Shown here piece after piece: positions 1-9,423 of a stretch of 40,847 bases of DNA. The stretch is from the NCBI GenBank assembly GCA_017993025.1, contig JAGONL010000002.1, forward strand, positions 1-40,847, given 5' to 3'. The notes under the pieces are model-generated. The model had not been told where the DNA came from and did no database searches. It worked only from the letters and a program-made list of their open reading frames with translations. The translations under genes and the position numbers were made by a program. Source of the DNA: Candidatus Saccharimonadota bacterium (lineage in GTDB: Bacteria; Patescibacteriota; Saccharimonadia; Saccharimonadales; SZUA-47). How positions within the stretch are numbered: position 1 is the first letter of the stretch; every line of letters begins with the position of its first letter.

Positions 1-213
1 CAGTGCGCGAAAATTTCTTAGGATAAATGTAGGATAATATTTTTATATTAACTCATTTATTATTTGTTTGTTAATTAAATTTGAACGAATATTTCGTGTC
101 CAAAAGAAAAAGCTTCTTCCCCTATTTCTGGTATTTTTTGGGGGGAATATAATAACCTGACCTTTTTCTGCAACATGAACAGTGTCCCCATTCACAGCAA
201 TTATTTGCAATGT

Positions 214-639
214 TTATCGTCTTGAGCGGCGGCGGAGTTCAGCTACACGTAGACGTGAGGTTTGGCGGTCTACTAGGCTTTGGGCTTTGTCTAGTGATAC
301 TTGGTCTCTGGCCTCACTTCGTAGCTGTTTAGCGTGATTTAGGGCTTCTTCAGCCTCTTTTGCACTAACATCAGAATCTTTGTCAGCTTCGTCAACAAGA
401 ACACGAACAGTGTCCCCAGATATTTCAATAACACCGCTATCAATTGCGTAATGTTCCATCATGTCGTCTGGGTGGTCGCTTTTTCTGCGCACACTAATCA
501 CGCCAGTAGATGCAATGCTAACTAGTGGTGCATGATTTTTAAAAACAGCAATCTGACCTTGCGGGGTAGGCAGCAAAACCTCATAAACAGCTTCACGTAG
601 CTTTACGCCAGTCAATGTTACTAGTTCAAGATTAATCAT
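214..639 (-). CDS. atpC: F0F1 ATP synthase subunit epsilon
   Basis: 141 aa with an N-terminal beta-sandwich-like region and a C-terminal helical region (AEEALNHAKQLRSEARD). Last gene of the atp operon, downstream of atpD. Confidence 0.88.
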   Translation of the reverse strand: MINLELVTLTGVKLREAVYEVLLPTPQGQIAVFKNHAPLVSIASTGVISVRRKSDHPDDMMEHYAIDSGVIEISGDTVRVLVDEADKDSDVSAKEAEEALNHAKQLRSEARDQVSLDKAQSLVDRQTSRLRVAELRRRSRR

Positions 640-641
640 AA

Positions 642-941
642 TTATTTTTCTACTCCTATTGCTGATAGAATATCAACTTTTCTGGGCTTGGGAAAGGCGG
701 GCGTAACGGGCTCTAAAATACCATCTCTTTCCAAAAGAGCACTAAGTCCCCGAACCCGTTCTGCTAATCTTCCAGGTGCCCTAGCTACTATTTGTTCGCC
801 TCTATGCAAAACATAATTTGCGCCTGCATAGACTCCACCAAACAACATCATGGCTCCAATTCCAGCAAATCCAGCTATTTCCCCTATAGTATGGTGAGGT
901 GGCATTGCACTTTCGTTACTTGGACCTGCTTCAGTACTCAT
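642..941 (-). CDS. hypothetical small membrane protein inserted between atpD and atpC
   Basis: 99 aa ORF packed 2 nt after the atpD stop and 2 nt before the atpC start. One hydrophobic helix (IGEIAGFAGIGAMMLFGGVYAGANYVL). No family recognised. Confidence 0.6.
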   Translation of the reverse strand: MSTEAGPSNESAMPPHHTIGEIAGFAGIGAMMLFGGVYAGANYVLHRGEQIVARAPGRLAERVRGLSALLERDGILEPVTPAFPKPRKVDILSAIGVEK

Positions 942-943
942 AG

Positions 944-2389
<1,446 letters not shown>

Positions 2390-2393
2390 TTAT

Positions 2394-2738
2394 TCATGAA
2401 GTAGCTCCTGGGGGAGGACCAAAATATGCGTAATCAAATTCTTCATTTGCCAGCGCACGTCTAGTCAAAAGCAAAGCAGTCTGCAACTTACCTAAGTCCG
2501 AGCCGGCGTCTGTTGTAAACTGGAGGAATACATGCTCTGCAGTCCTAACAGAACTAAGTACTTCTTCTGTAATAACACTTGCCGTGGTCACATCAAATCC
2601 TTTAGCGGTCAACTCAACTTCATCAATAGAGGGCTTTAGCCCCACATAATTCATAAGTCCATGAAGAGGTGCTCTTTTCCTGTCAGCCGGTCTATCAATC
2701 ATGACAATTTTTTCTAAAGTTAGGTTAATATCGATCAT
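2394..2738 (-). CDS. hypothetical protein inserted between atpG and atpD
   Basis: 114 aa ORF. Its start overlaps the stop of the upstream 74 aa ORF (ATGA at 2735-2738). No recognisable motif. Confidence 0.55.
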   Translation of the reverse strand: MIDINLTLEKIVMIDRPADRKRAPLHGLMNYVGLKPSIDEVELTAKGFDVTTASVITEEVLSSVRTAEHVFLQFTTDAGSDLGKLQTALLLTRRALANEEFDYAYFGPPPGATS

Positions 2739-2959
2739 TTCTCCCGCCTTCGCATTTGTACTGCACTACCGACAAAATCCGTTATAGCTACCTTTGCAGT
2801 GTCAACAAAAAACTGTCTCTGTTCTTTACTAAACGTAGGTTCTTCATAAATATGTGGTCCCATATCAGTAGTGTCTCCTTCTTCATGGTGAACTTGCGGG
2901 AAATCAATCCCAAGCTTCCTTTCACCGAATGCGATATACCTTGGTAGTATTCCCATCAT
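2735..2959 (-). CDS. hypothetical protein inserted between atpG and atpD
   Basis: 74 aa ORF. Its start overlaps the atpG stop (ATGA at 2956-2959), suggesting translational coupling. No recognisable motif. Confidence 0.5.
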   Translation of the reverse strand: MMGILPRYIAFGERKLGIDFPQVHHEEGDTTDMGPHIYEEPTFSKEQRQFFVDTAKVAITDFVGSAVQMRRREK

Positions 2960-3897
2960 TTCATCGCCTCCGCACCACCGGTTATTTCGGCTAGTTCCTG
3001 GGTAATTGCTGATTGGCGGGCGCTGTTTGCTGCAAGTGTCAAATCATCTATCAAATCACCGGCATTGTCGCTGGCTGTCTTCATAGCCATCATACGTGAT
3101 GACTGCTCACTAGCCTGGCTCTCTAGGTATGCTTGCCACAACTGAACATCAATAAGCTTTTCAGCCACGTTGTTTAGAACAAATTCAGGTGATGGTTCAA
3201 AAATAGCTTCATTCAAATCGCTAGACACAGCGTCAGTTGATACAGCGGCAGGCAGTAGTCTGTTGTGGGTTACAACTTGTACTACACTAGATTTGTAATC
3301 GGTGTATAGGATGTCGACTGCGTCAGTTTGAGGGTTGAGGGTTGAGGCTTGAGGGTTGAGGCTTTCTTCTTCCTCCTCTTGACTCATATCTCTTGACTCA
3401 TGACTCGTCCCCGTAAACTCAGTTTTTATTGTTTGCAAGATAGGGGCAAGGTCAGCAATAGTAGGGCGCTCTGGCATATTGTTATAACTACCCAAGATAT
3501 TTACGCCTTCAATTTTAACGGCAAACTTACTTGCTTGTTTACCAATTAAAATAAGCTTAGTCTCAATTTTATTATCACGGTCTGTCTGCAATTCTTTCGC
3601 CAGTTGTCGTAGCACGTTAGAGTTATAAGCACCAGCAAGTCCACGGTCGCTTGTAATAACGACCAAAATTCTACTTTTCACTTCGCGAGTTATGAAAAGC
3701 GGGTGTTTTGATACATCTGTTAGCTCACGCAGTCTAGTTAAAATCTGCTTAGCAGTATTGGTGTAATCACGGCTAGAAACAGTAGCTTCTTGGGCACGAC
3801 GCATTTTTGACGCAGCAACAAGCTCCATAGCTTTGGTGATTTGTTTTGTATTTTTTACAGATTTAATTCTGGCTTTAATTTGTTGTGTTGACGCCAT
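2956..3897 (-). CDS. atpG: F0F1 ATP synthase subunit gamma carrying an in-frame repeat-derived insertion
   Basis: 313 aa. N-terminal MASTQQIKARIKSVKNTKQITKAMELVAASKMRRAQ and C-terminal ITQELAEITGGAEA are typical gamma helices. About 27 extra residues (SHESRDMSQEEEEESLNPQASTLNPQT) are encoded by repeat DNA at 3327-3407. Confidence 0.93.
   Translation of the reverse strand: MASTQQIKARIKSVKNTKQITKAMELVAASKMRRAQEATVSSRDYTNTAKQILTRLRELTDVSKHPLFITREVKSRILVVITSDRGLAGAYNSNVLRQLAKELQTDRDNKIETKLILIGKQASKFAVKIEGVNILGSYNNMPERPTIADLAPILQTIKTEFTGTSHESRDMSQEEEEESLNPQASTLNPQTDAVDILYTDYKSSVVQVVTHNRLLPAAVSTDAVSSDLNEAIFEPSPEFVLNNVAEKLIDVQLWQAYLESQASEQSSRMMAMKTASDNAGDLIDDLTLAANSARQSAITQELAEITGGAEAMK
3327..3407 (-). 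repeat. GAGTCAWGAG-type plus CCTCAACCC-type repeat block lying in frame inside atpG
   Basis: The minus strand reads gagtcatgagtcaagagatatgagtcaagag-gaggaagaagaaag-cctcaaccctcaagcctcaaccctcaaccctcaa. The same words occur in intergenic elements at 3919-3997, 4318-4350, 5898-5929, 6310-6334 and 9736-9799. Confidence 0.85.
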
Positions 3898-4046
3898 TAG
3901 TTAGCTCCTCTAGGGTTAGAGTCATGAGTCATGAGACATGAGACATGAGTAGCAGGAGCCAGAAAACTCTTGACTCTTGTCTCTTGACTCTTGACTCGAA
4001 TACGTACGCTCTTAATCCGAGCTTTAATCTGTTGAGTACTAGCCAT
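3897..4046 (-). pseudogene. duplicated, synonymously recoded atpG 5' end (14 codons) running into repeat DNA; 49 aa relic or upstream ORF
   Basis: The minus strand from 4046 reads atg gct agt act caa cag att aaa gct cgg att aag agc gta = MASTQQIKARIKSV, identical to the first 14 residues of atpG. It then reads through the hairpin repeat and stops at TAATG, overlapping the real atpG ATG (3895-3899). Confidence 0.6.
3919..3997. repeat. imperfect inverted repeat (31 nt arms, 17 nt loop) of GAGTCATGAG / CTCTTGACTC words
   Basis: 3919-3949 gagtcatgagtcatgagacatgagacatgag and 3967-3997 ctcttgactcttgtctcttgactcttgactc are complementary except for a periodic T/T mismatch. Confidence 0.85.
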
Positions 4047-4050
4047 TACA

Positions 4051-4350
4051 TTACCATCCTAATACGCTCGCAATTCCTGATTCTGCAACATTATAAGCAT
4101 GAATAAAAACCGAAGGGTCAATTCCGAGCTCTAAAAGTTCGGTGCGTGCCTGCTCACTATCACCAGAAGATAATCTTTTCTCTAATTCCGCATGCTTTCT
4201 CACGAAACCATCTAGCGGACCAATAGTATCACTAAGCATCCCATCCTCGATATCATGGTCTGGATATAATCGAGCTAGGTCAATCTCTAGAAATTCAGTA
4301 GCTGTACGCTCTAATTCCTCATGACTCATATCTCGTGACTCGTGACTCAT
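4051..4350 (-). CDS. hypothetical protein inserted between atpA and atpG; N-terminus encoded by repeat words
   Basis: 99 aa ORF starting directly after the atpA stop. The first 11 codons (MSHESRDMSHE) are the same repeat DNA that encodes SHESRDMSQE inside atpG. Confidence 0.5.
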   Translation of the reverse strand: MSHESRDMSHEELERTATEFLEIDLARLYPDHDIEDGMLSDTIGPLDGFVRKHAELEKRLSSGDSEQARTELLELGIDPSVFIHAYNVAESGIASVLGW

Positions 4351-5886
4351 TTATGCTTCCTTATATTCCTTCGCTACTTTTTCAGCTTGATTTAAAATCA
4401 GCGTCTTCATTGCATCGTCGACTTTGTCGCCTTTGTTCAAAGTTTCCATGTCTTTTTTCTTCTCACTCCATAGCTGTGAAATCAAGGCAGCTTGAGCCTT
4501 CTTAATCTGCTCTACAGGAACTGTGTCAAACGCGCCCTCAGTAGCAGCTGTCAAACTTGCTGTTTGCTCCCATACACTAAGTGGGGAATACTGTGGCTGT
4601 TTTAGAAGTTCTGTTAGTCTCTGACCACGCTCAATCTTAGACTTAGTATCTGCGTCAAGGTCGCTAGAGAACTGTGCAAACGCTGCAAGTTCACGGAACT
4701 GGGCAAGGTTTAGACGCAAAGGACCAGCAGCACCCTTAACGGCTTTAGTTTGGGCTGCACCACCAACACGTGATACAGATAGACCTACAGAGATAGCTGG
4801 GCGGATACCTTGGTTAAACAAGCTTGTTTCCATGAAAATCTGACCGTCAGTAATAGAAATAACGTTAGTCGGTACAAAAGCAGAAATATCGCCAGCTTGT
4901 GTTTCTACAATAGGTAGGGCAGTTAGTGAACCACCGCCTTCAGCATCTGACATTTTTGCAGAACGCTCAAGTAGTCGTGAGTGTAGGTAGAAAACGTCAC
5001 CAGGATAAGCTTCGCGACCCGGTGGACGACGAAGTAGCAATGACATTTGGCGGTAGGCTACAGCGTGCTTAGACAAATCATCATAGATAATTAGCGCGTG
5101 CTGTGAGCTGTCGCGGAAGAACTCGCCCATAGCTGCACCAGAATAAGGGGCAAGATACTGCAACGAGGCAGGGTCATTGGCGCTGGTGGCTACAACAATT
5201 GTCTGGTCCATAACGCCTTCGCGCTCTAGACGTTCTACCATGCGTGCAACTTTGGACATTTTCTGACCAATGGCAACGTAGATGTTAACAACACCAGTTT
5301 TCTGCTTAGCTTGGTTAATCATAGTGTCGACAGCAACTGCGGTTTTACCAGTTTGGCGGTCACCAATAATAAGCTCACGCTGGCCACGGCCAATCGGTAC
5401 CATGCCGTCAATAGCCATAAGTCCAGTCATTAGTGGTTCATGAACAGATTTTCGAGCCAACACACCTGGGGCAGGGCGCTCAACAAGACCAGTTAGCTTA
5501 GTTTTGATAGGACCTTTGCCGTCTAGTGGACGACCAAGTGGGTCAACAACACGTCCAATTAGCTCTGGACCAATAGGTACTTTTAGAACTGTTCCAGAAA
5601 GTCGCACTTTAGCGCCAGCTTTAACCTTGGTATCTTCACCAAGAAGCACTGCACCAATTTCGTCTTCCATAAGGTTTAGGGCAAAAGCTTGTACACTTTC
5701 ACCATTTGCACCTTCAATTTCTAGCATTTCGCTATAACCAGCGTCGCTTAGACCATAAATCCAAGCCACACCGTCACCAATACGGGTGACAATTCCGGTC
5801 TTTTCTACATTACCACTAGTTTTAAGCTCAGCAATTGCTGTGCGGACTTCTTGTGCTAAATCGTGTGTTGATACTTGTGTACTCAT
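4351..5886 (-). CDS. atpA: F0F1 ATP synthase subunit alpha
   Basis: 511 aa with Walker A GDRQTGKT. Full-length F1 alpha similarity. Confidence 0.97.
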   Translation of the reverse strand: MSTQVSTHDLAQEVRTAIAELKTSGNVEKTGIVTRIGDGVAWIYGLSDAGYSEMLEIEGANGESVQAFALNLMEDEIGAVLLGEDTKVKAGAKVRLSGTVLKVPIGPELIGRVVDPLGRPLDGKGPIKTKLTGLVERPAPGVLARKSVHEPLMTGLMAIDGMVPIGRGQRELIIGDRQTGKTAVAVDTMINQAKQKTGVVNIYVAIGQKMSKVARMVERLEREGVMDQTIVVATSANDPASLQYLAPYSGAAMGEFFRDSSQHALIIYDDLSKHAVAYRQMSLLLRRPPGREAYPGDVFYLHSRLLERSAKMSDAEGGGSLTALPIVETQAGDISAFVPTNVISITDGQIFMETSLFNQGIRPAISVGLSVSRVGGAAQTKAVKGAAGPLRLNLAQFRELAAFAQFSSDLDADTKSKIERGQRLTELLKQPQYSPLSVWEQTASLTAATEGAFDTVPVEQIKKAQAALISQLWSEKKKDMETLNKGDKVDDAMKTLILNQAEKVAKEYKEA

Positions 5887-5904
5887 ATTTTAGTTAAGAG
5901 TCTT

Positions 5905-5929
5905 GAGTCATGAGTCATGAGTCAAGAGT
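5905..5929. repeat. downstream arm of the inverted repeat bracketing the four-helix-bundle gene
   Basis: gagtcatgagtcatgagtcaagagt is the reverse complement of 6310-6334 (actcttgactcttgactcattactc) with 2 mismatches in 25 nt. Confidence 0.85.
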
Positions 5930-6329
5930 TCTTTGCTCCTCTTGTTGCATTAATTAATCCAGTTAGTACTTTGTGAACTACGACAGACTCGTCCGCTAAA
6001 TCTGCAAACAAGTCCTTTGTTAACATTTTAACATCTCTGGCAATCATTAGCTGGCTTTGAACCTCAGCTAAGGAAGCTCTGGACATATCATAAAAATGTG
6101 AACGGTCGGAAATTGTTCTTCGTCCAAAACCTTCGGCTATGTTTGAAGTTATAGAAACTGCAGCACGTCTTATCTGACTTGTTAGTCCAAATTGTTCAGA
6201 AACAGGGAAGTTTGCGGTAGATTTATAAATTTTTACTGCAAAACTATGGGCCTTCTGCCAAGCAACTAAGTCCGTAAATGACTTGATAGTCTTCTTTTCT
6301 TCAGATCCTACTCTTGACTCTTGACTCAT
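5922..6329 (-). CDS. four-helix-bundle protein (23S rRNA intervening-sequence protein / Avd-like family)
   Basis: 135 aa. The pattern AWQKAHSF..KIY..T..FP..E.FGLTSQIRRAAVSITSNIAEGFGR....D..HF....RASLAEVQSQL matches the family signature as I recall it. Confidence 0.75.
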   Translation of the reverse strand: MSQESRVGSEEKKTIKSFTDLVAWQKAHSFAVKIYKSTANFPVSEQFGLTSQIRRAAVSITSNIAEGFGRRTISDRSHFYDMSRASLAEVQSQLMIARDVKMLTKDLFADLADESVVVHKVLTGLINATRGAKNS

Positions 6330-6334
6330 TACTC
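6310..6334. repeat. upstream arm of the inverted repeat bracketing the four-helix-bundle gene
   Basis: See 5905-5929. This arm overlaps the atpH stop and the four-helix-bundle gene start (TAATG at 6327-6331). Confidence 0.85.
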
Positions 6335-6718
6335 TTGGCTCACTATCTGTGCTTTAAATCTGTTTAACTTGCCACGCACGGTTAAATCTATCTCTGATTC
6401 ACCAGCACGGGCTTTAACCCCACCAATTACACTTGGGTCAATTACATCTGAAAATACCGGATTCTTTGCACCTAGCAAACTTGCAAGTTGCGCCTTAATC
6501 TCAGCTGATGTTTCATGCGCTGATATCACAGTAACTTGTGTGCTTCCACGTAATGCAAGCTCTTTATCAATAGCGCGGATTATTGCCGGCATTTCTCGAC
6601 TTCGGCGCTCTTCAAGCAGGTAACTAGCTAGTTTTAAAGCAACAGTTTTAGAGGTCGAGCCTTTTTCTAGCTCATCAACAGCATAGTTTGCTAGTTGTAG
6701 GGTAGAAATCTTAGCCAT
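6329..6718 (-). CDS. atpH: F0F1 ATP synthase subunit delta (short form)
   Basis: 129 aa. The C-terminal IDPSVIGGVKARAGESEIDLTVRGKLNRFK matches the OSCP/delta C-terminal signature. Position between atpF and atpA fits. The N-terminal domain looks shortened. Confidence 0.75.
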   Translation of the reverse strand: MAKISTLQLANYAVDELEKGSTSKTVALKLASYLLEERRSREMPAIIRAIDKELALRGSTQVTVISAHETSAEIKAQLASLLGAKNPVFSDVIDPSVIGGVKARAGESEIDLTVRGKLNRFKAQIVSQE

Positions 6719-7111
6719 TTATTGTTGCCCCGACATACTTTCATGTTGTGTAACTAGTGATGACAGTGCCTCTAGTATATCTACCGGAGTGTCACCGTTA
6801 AGTGTGTAGAGAGCGATGATATATCTTTCTGGTGAATTATAAGTAGCTACACTTTGAGTACTATTAAAGTCCGCAGCTAATGCTTCCCACTTATTAAGCT
6901 CTTCTTCGCGCATTGTGTGCACTATGATTCCAGCACCATTAACTAGAGTTCTGCTAGAATCATTTTGATCTGACATAACTTCGTCTGATTCAGGGTCTAC
7001 AACCAAAGTTCCGTCAACTAACCTCTTCAATAGGTTACAGTCACGCTCGAAACGAATGCCAGTACTTATAGCTCGCCGAAATCCCCAAAGACTTTCTGAA
7101 GATTGTTTCAT
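6719..7111 (-). CDS. hypothetical protein inserted between atpF and atpH
   Basis: 130 aa ORF. Its start shares TAATG with the atpF stop (7109-7113) and its stop abuts the atpH start. No family recognised. Confidence 0.55.
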   Translation of the reverse strand: MKQSSESLWGFRRAISTGIRFERDCNLLKRLVDGTLVVDPESDEVMSDQNDSSRTLVNGAGIIVHTMREEELNKWEALAADFNSTQSVATYNSPERYIIALYTLNGDTPVDILEALSSLVTQHESMSGQQ

Positions 7112-7773
7112 TATTTCATTGCCTCTTTTAGGTAATTTTCTACAAGCTTGCGGTCTGAACCAGCATCAAGTTTTTGATTTAAGATTGCCTCGGTAGCTTC
7201 AGTAATTAGACTTGCCATTTCGCCCTTTAGCTCTTGTCGGGCGCTTACAATATCGCGCTCAATCTTACTCTCAGCAGACTTTAGAATATCGTCGGCTTTT
7301 CTGGTGGCTGATTCTTCAGCTGTTTGGATAACTTTGCTAGATTCAGTGTGAGCCTCTGCAATTATTAAATCTGCATCTTTTCTAGCTACTTTTAGAATCT
7401 GTTCGACGCGCTCGTCAAGTTCTGCCTTTTGCTTATCTAGCTCTGCAGTTAGGTGTAACCCACGGTTAATGTCGTCATGGCGTTTTTGTAGGTTCTTAAC
7501 AATTCCGCTTAATGCAAACTTCTTAACAATCCAGAAAAGCAGTAGAAAAGTGACTAACTGTGCGCCAATAGCCATAGGGTCAAGTCCAAGAGCTGCTATT
7601 CCTTCAGATTCCTCCGCATGGGATGTATCTTCAGTTGTGTGTGCGCTTGTTTCTGTATGTTCAGCTGTCTCGGCGTGCTCAACAGTAGTAGAGCCTGCTT
7701 CTACAGCGTGCGTCTCGTCAGTTGCTGGAGTAACAGTCTCTGTAGCTCCAACTATTTCATAAAATTTGCTCAT
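7111..7773 (-). CDS. atpF: F0F1 ATP synthase subunit b with an acidic His/Thr/Glu-rich N-terminal extension
   Basis: 220 aa. One TM helix (IGAQLVTFLLLFWIVKKF) is followed by a long charged coiled-coil typical of subunit b. About 60 extra N-terminal residues (HAETAEHTETSAHTTEDTSHAEESEG). Confidence 0.85.
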   Translation of the reverse strand: MSKFYEIVGATETVTPATDETHAVEAGSTTVEHAETAEHTETSAHTTEDTSHAEESEGIAALGLDPMAIGAQLVTFLLLFWIVKKFALSGIVKNLQKRHDDINRGLHLTAELDKQKAELDERVEQILKVARKDADLIIAEAHTESSKVIQTAEESATRKADDILKSAESKIERDIVSARQELKGEMASLITEATEAILNQKLDAGSDRKLVENYLKEAMK

Positions 7774-7855
7774 CTTAAGGTCAATTATATCCTTTCATGG
7801 ACCCATCCCCAAGCATATTTTTAAACTGCAAAACATTTTTGCCAACTTATCAACT

Positions 7856-7903
7856 AGTTTTTCTTCGCACCTTATCCAAGGATAAGCTTTGTCGAAAGAA
7901 CAA
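7856..7903. repeat. CTTATCC-hairpin repeat, copy 1
   Basis: ttcttcgcaccttatccaaggataagctttgtcgaaagaac closely matches the reverse complement of 13281-13325. Confidence 0.7.
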
Positions 7904-8046
7904 GCTGCTAATTTTGTCAAAAGCTGTTTTTCGTTTCTAAAAAATGCTTTGGCATGCGTCCTTCACAACAACCATAACTGTTACGAAGTTTTCGTGACAG
8001 ATGTCGTTGTTCTCAAATTATTAATTTTATTTGCAGTTAACTTTGT

Positions 8047-8081
8047 GTAGAAAGTAGCAAGCAAAACTTGCTACTTTCTAC
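8047..8081 (-). promoter_or_regulatory. perfect 15 bp stem-loop just downstream of atpE (intra-operon hairpin)
   Basis: gtagaaagtagcaag-caaaa-cttgctactttctac lies 11 nt after the atpE stop. There is no U-tract on the minus strand, so it is more likely a processing or stability element than a terminator. Confidence 0.4.
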
Positions 8082-8092
8082 TGCATTTTTGC

Positions 8093-8344
8093 TTAAAGCA
8101 AAAATGCGCCAAGAAGGAAGGCTAGTAGAGCCGTAACTTCAATCATAGCTGCAATGATAACAATCTGGCTTGCTGCTTTTCCAGCTTCTGGATTTCGTCC
8201 AAGAGCTTTCATATAGTTGGCACCAACTAATGCAAGACCAAATGCTGCAAGTGCTAGAGCTAGGCCTAACATCATGCTTTTTGACCAAGCTTCTGCAGCT
8301 TGTACGTCAAATTCGTTTGTCTGAGCTAATATTTGTAAAAACAT
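8093..8344 (-). CDS. atpE: F0F1 ATP synthase subunit c
   Basis: 83 aa two-helix hairpin protein with a GRNPEAG loop and a conserved carboxylate in AAMIEVTAL. Confidence 0.92.
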   Translation of the reverse strand: MFLQILAQTNEFDVQAAEAWSKSMMLGLALALAAFGLALVGANYMKALGRNPEAGKAASQIVIIAAMIEVTALLAFLLGAFLL

Positions 8345-8356
8345 ACTTTTCTCCGT

Positions 8357-8376
8357 TCCGCCAGCTGGCGGATTAG
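8357..8376. repeat. TCCGCC-NNNN-GGCGGATTAG palindromic motif, copy 1
   Basis: tccgccagctggcggattag lies between atpB and atpE, immediately 5' of the atpE Shine-Dalgarno on the mRNA. Related copies are at 9866-9886 and 11741-11760. Confidence 0.75.
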
Positions 8377-8393
8377 TTACTTTGTTATATGTG

Positions 8394-9251
8394 TCATGAT
8401 GGTTGAAGCTCCTCGACCTTTTGAGCTAAAACTGCATCATGTTCATCGTCGTCATGCGCATGGGAAATTGCCAAAGCCAAATAGGTGGCGGCTAGCACGG
8501 TAAACACATACGCTTGTATACCGGCAACAAGAAGTTCAAATAAAATAATTGGAATAACGGCAATAGGCGTTCGTCCGCCACTCAGAACAAGGCTTGTAAA
8601 CACCGCGACTAAAATTTCACCAACAGCTGTGTTTAAAAACAGACGAAGTGACAGAGAAAGTATTCGGGTAAACTCACCAATAACTTCTAATATTCCGATA
8701 AAGAAATTAATCGGGTTAAATGGTTTGTCACTAAAATAGTGGGTCAAATGCCCCTTAAAGCCTTGAGCCTGGATAGACATTACCTGCACGGCAATGATTG
8801 CTACTACAGACATCACAATTGTGCCGTTTAAATCAGCGGTGAAAGGGCGTAGTAATGGCACAGTACCCTCGGCGGTGGTCGAGTTTAACCCCGGGCCGAC
8901 AATTGGCAGTAACCCAAGCACGTTACTAAACAAGATAAACAAAAAGAAAGTTCCAAAAACTGGGGCATACTTATAAGCTTTTTCCCTTGAACCAAATGCG
9001 CTCTCCAGCAGGCCTACAACAAACTCAACAATCATCTCGATAATTGCTATAACTCCGTTTTTTGCCTTAACAGAAGATTTTCGCGCTACAAAAACTAGAA
9101 GCACAGCCATAAATAGCGCAACTAAAAAACCATACAACATCGAATTGGTTACGCTCAAACCGCCAATTTCAAATATCTTTTCAGCCTTCAAAGATACGTG
9201 GATACCGCTATCACCAGAGGCAAAAAAATTGAGTACACTCAACATAAACAC
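8394..9251 (-). CDS. atpB: F0F1 ATP synthase subunit a
   Basis: 285 aa polytopic membrane protein with the conserved Arg motif LSLSLRLFLNTAVGE. First gene of the operon. Confidence 0.92.
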   Translation of the reverse strand: MFMLSVLNFFASGDSGIHVSLKAEKIFEIGGLSVTNSMLYGFLVALFMAVLLVFVARKSSVKAKNGVIAIIEMIVEFVVGLLESAFGSREKAYKYAPVFGTFFLFILFSNVLGLLPIVGPGLNSTTAEGTVPLLRPFTADLNGTIVMSVVAIIAVQVMSIQAQGFKGHLTHYFSDKPFNPINFFIGILEVIGEFTRILSLSLRLFLNTAVGEILVAVFTSLVLSGGRTPIAVIPIILFELLVAGIQAYVFTVLAATYLALAISHAHDDDEHDAVLAQKVEELQPS

Positions 9252-9423
9252 TCCATCGGTGCTGTCGGCAAGACTAACCTGTCGGCGAAAGTTTTCATAT
9301 TTATCTATATTCTATCAAGAGGGACTCCGTCTGACAAGTGTTTATGTGATTTATTTCACACTTTTGTATTATTTTGTTTTAACATTTCATTTTTTAATTT
9401 TATATTTGTTGTACAATAGGCTC

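Noticed and set aside
2394-2959. The two overlapping small ORFs between atpG and atpD as a toxin-antitoxin pair.
   Set aside because: The size and overlap are TA-like, but neither protein shows motifs of any toxin or antitoxin family I can recognise. They are left as hypothetical.
9145-9423. The N-terminal 93 codons of track ORF 9145-9735, and ORF 9198-9419.
   Set aside because: They overlap the 5' end of atpB on the opposite strand and the AT-rich divergent promoter region. The hydrophobic protein begins plausibly at the ATG at 9424.
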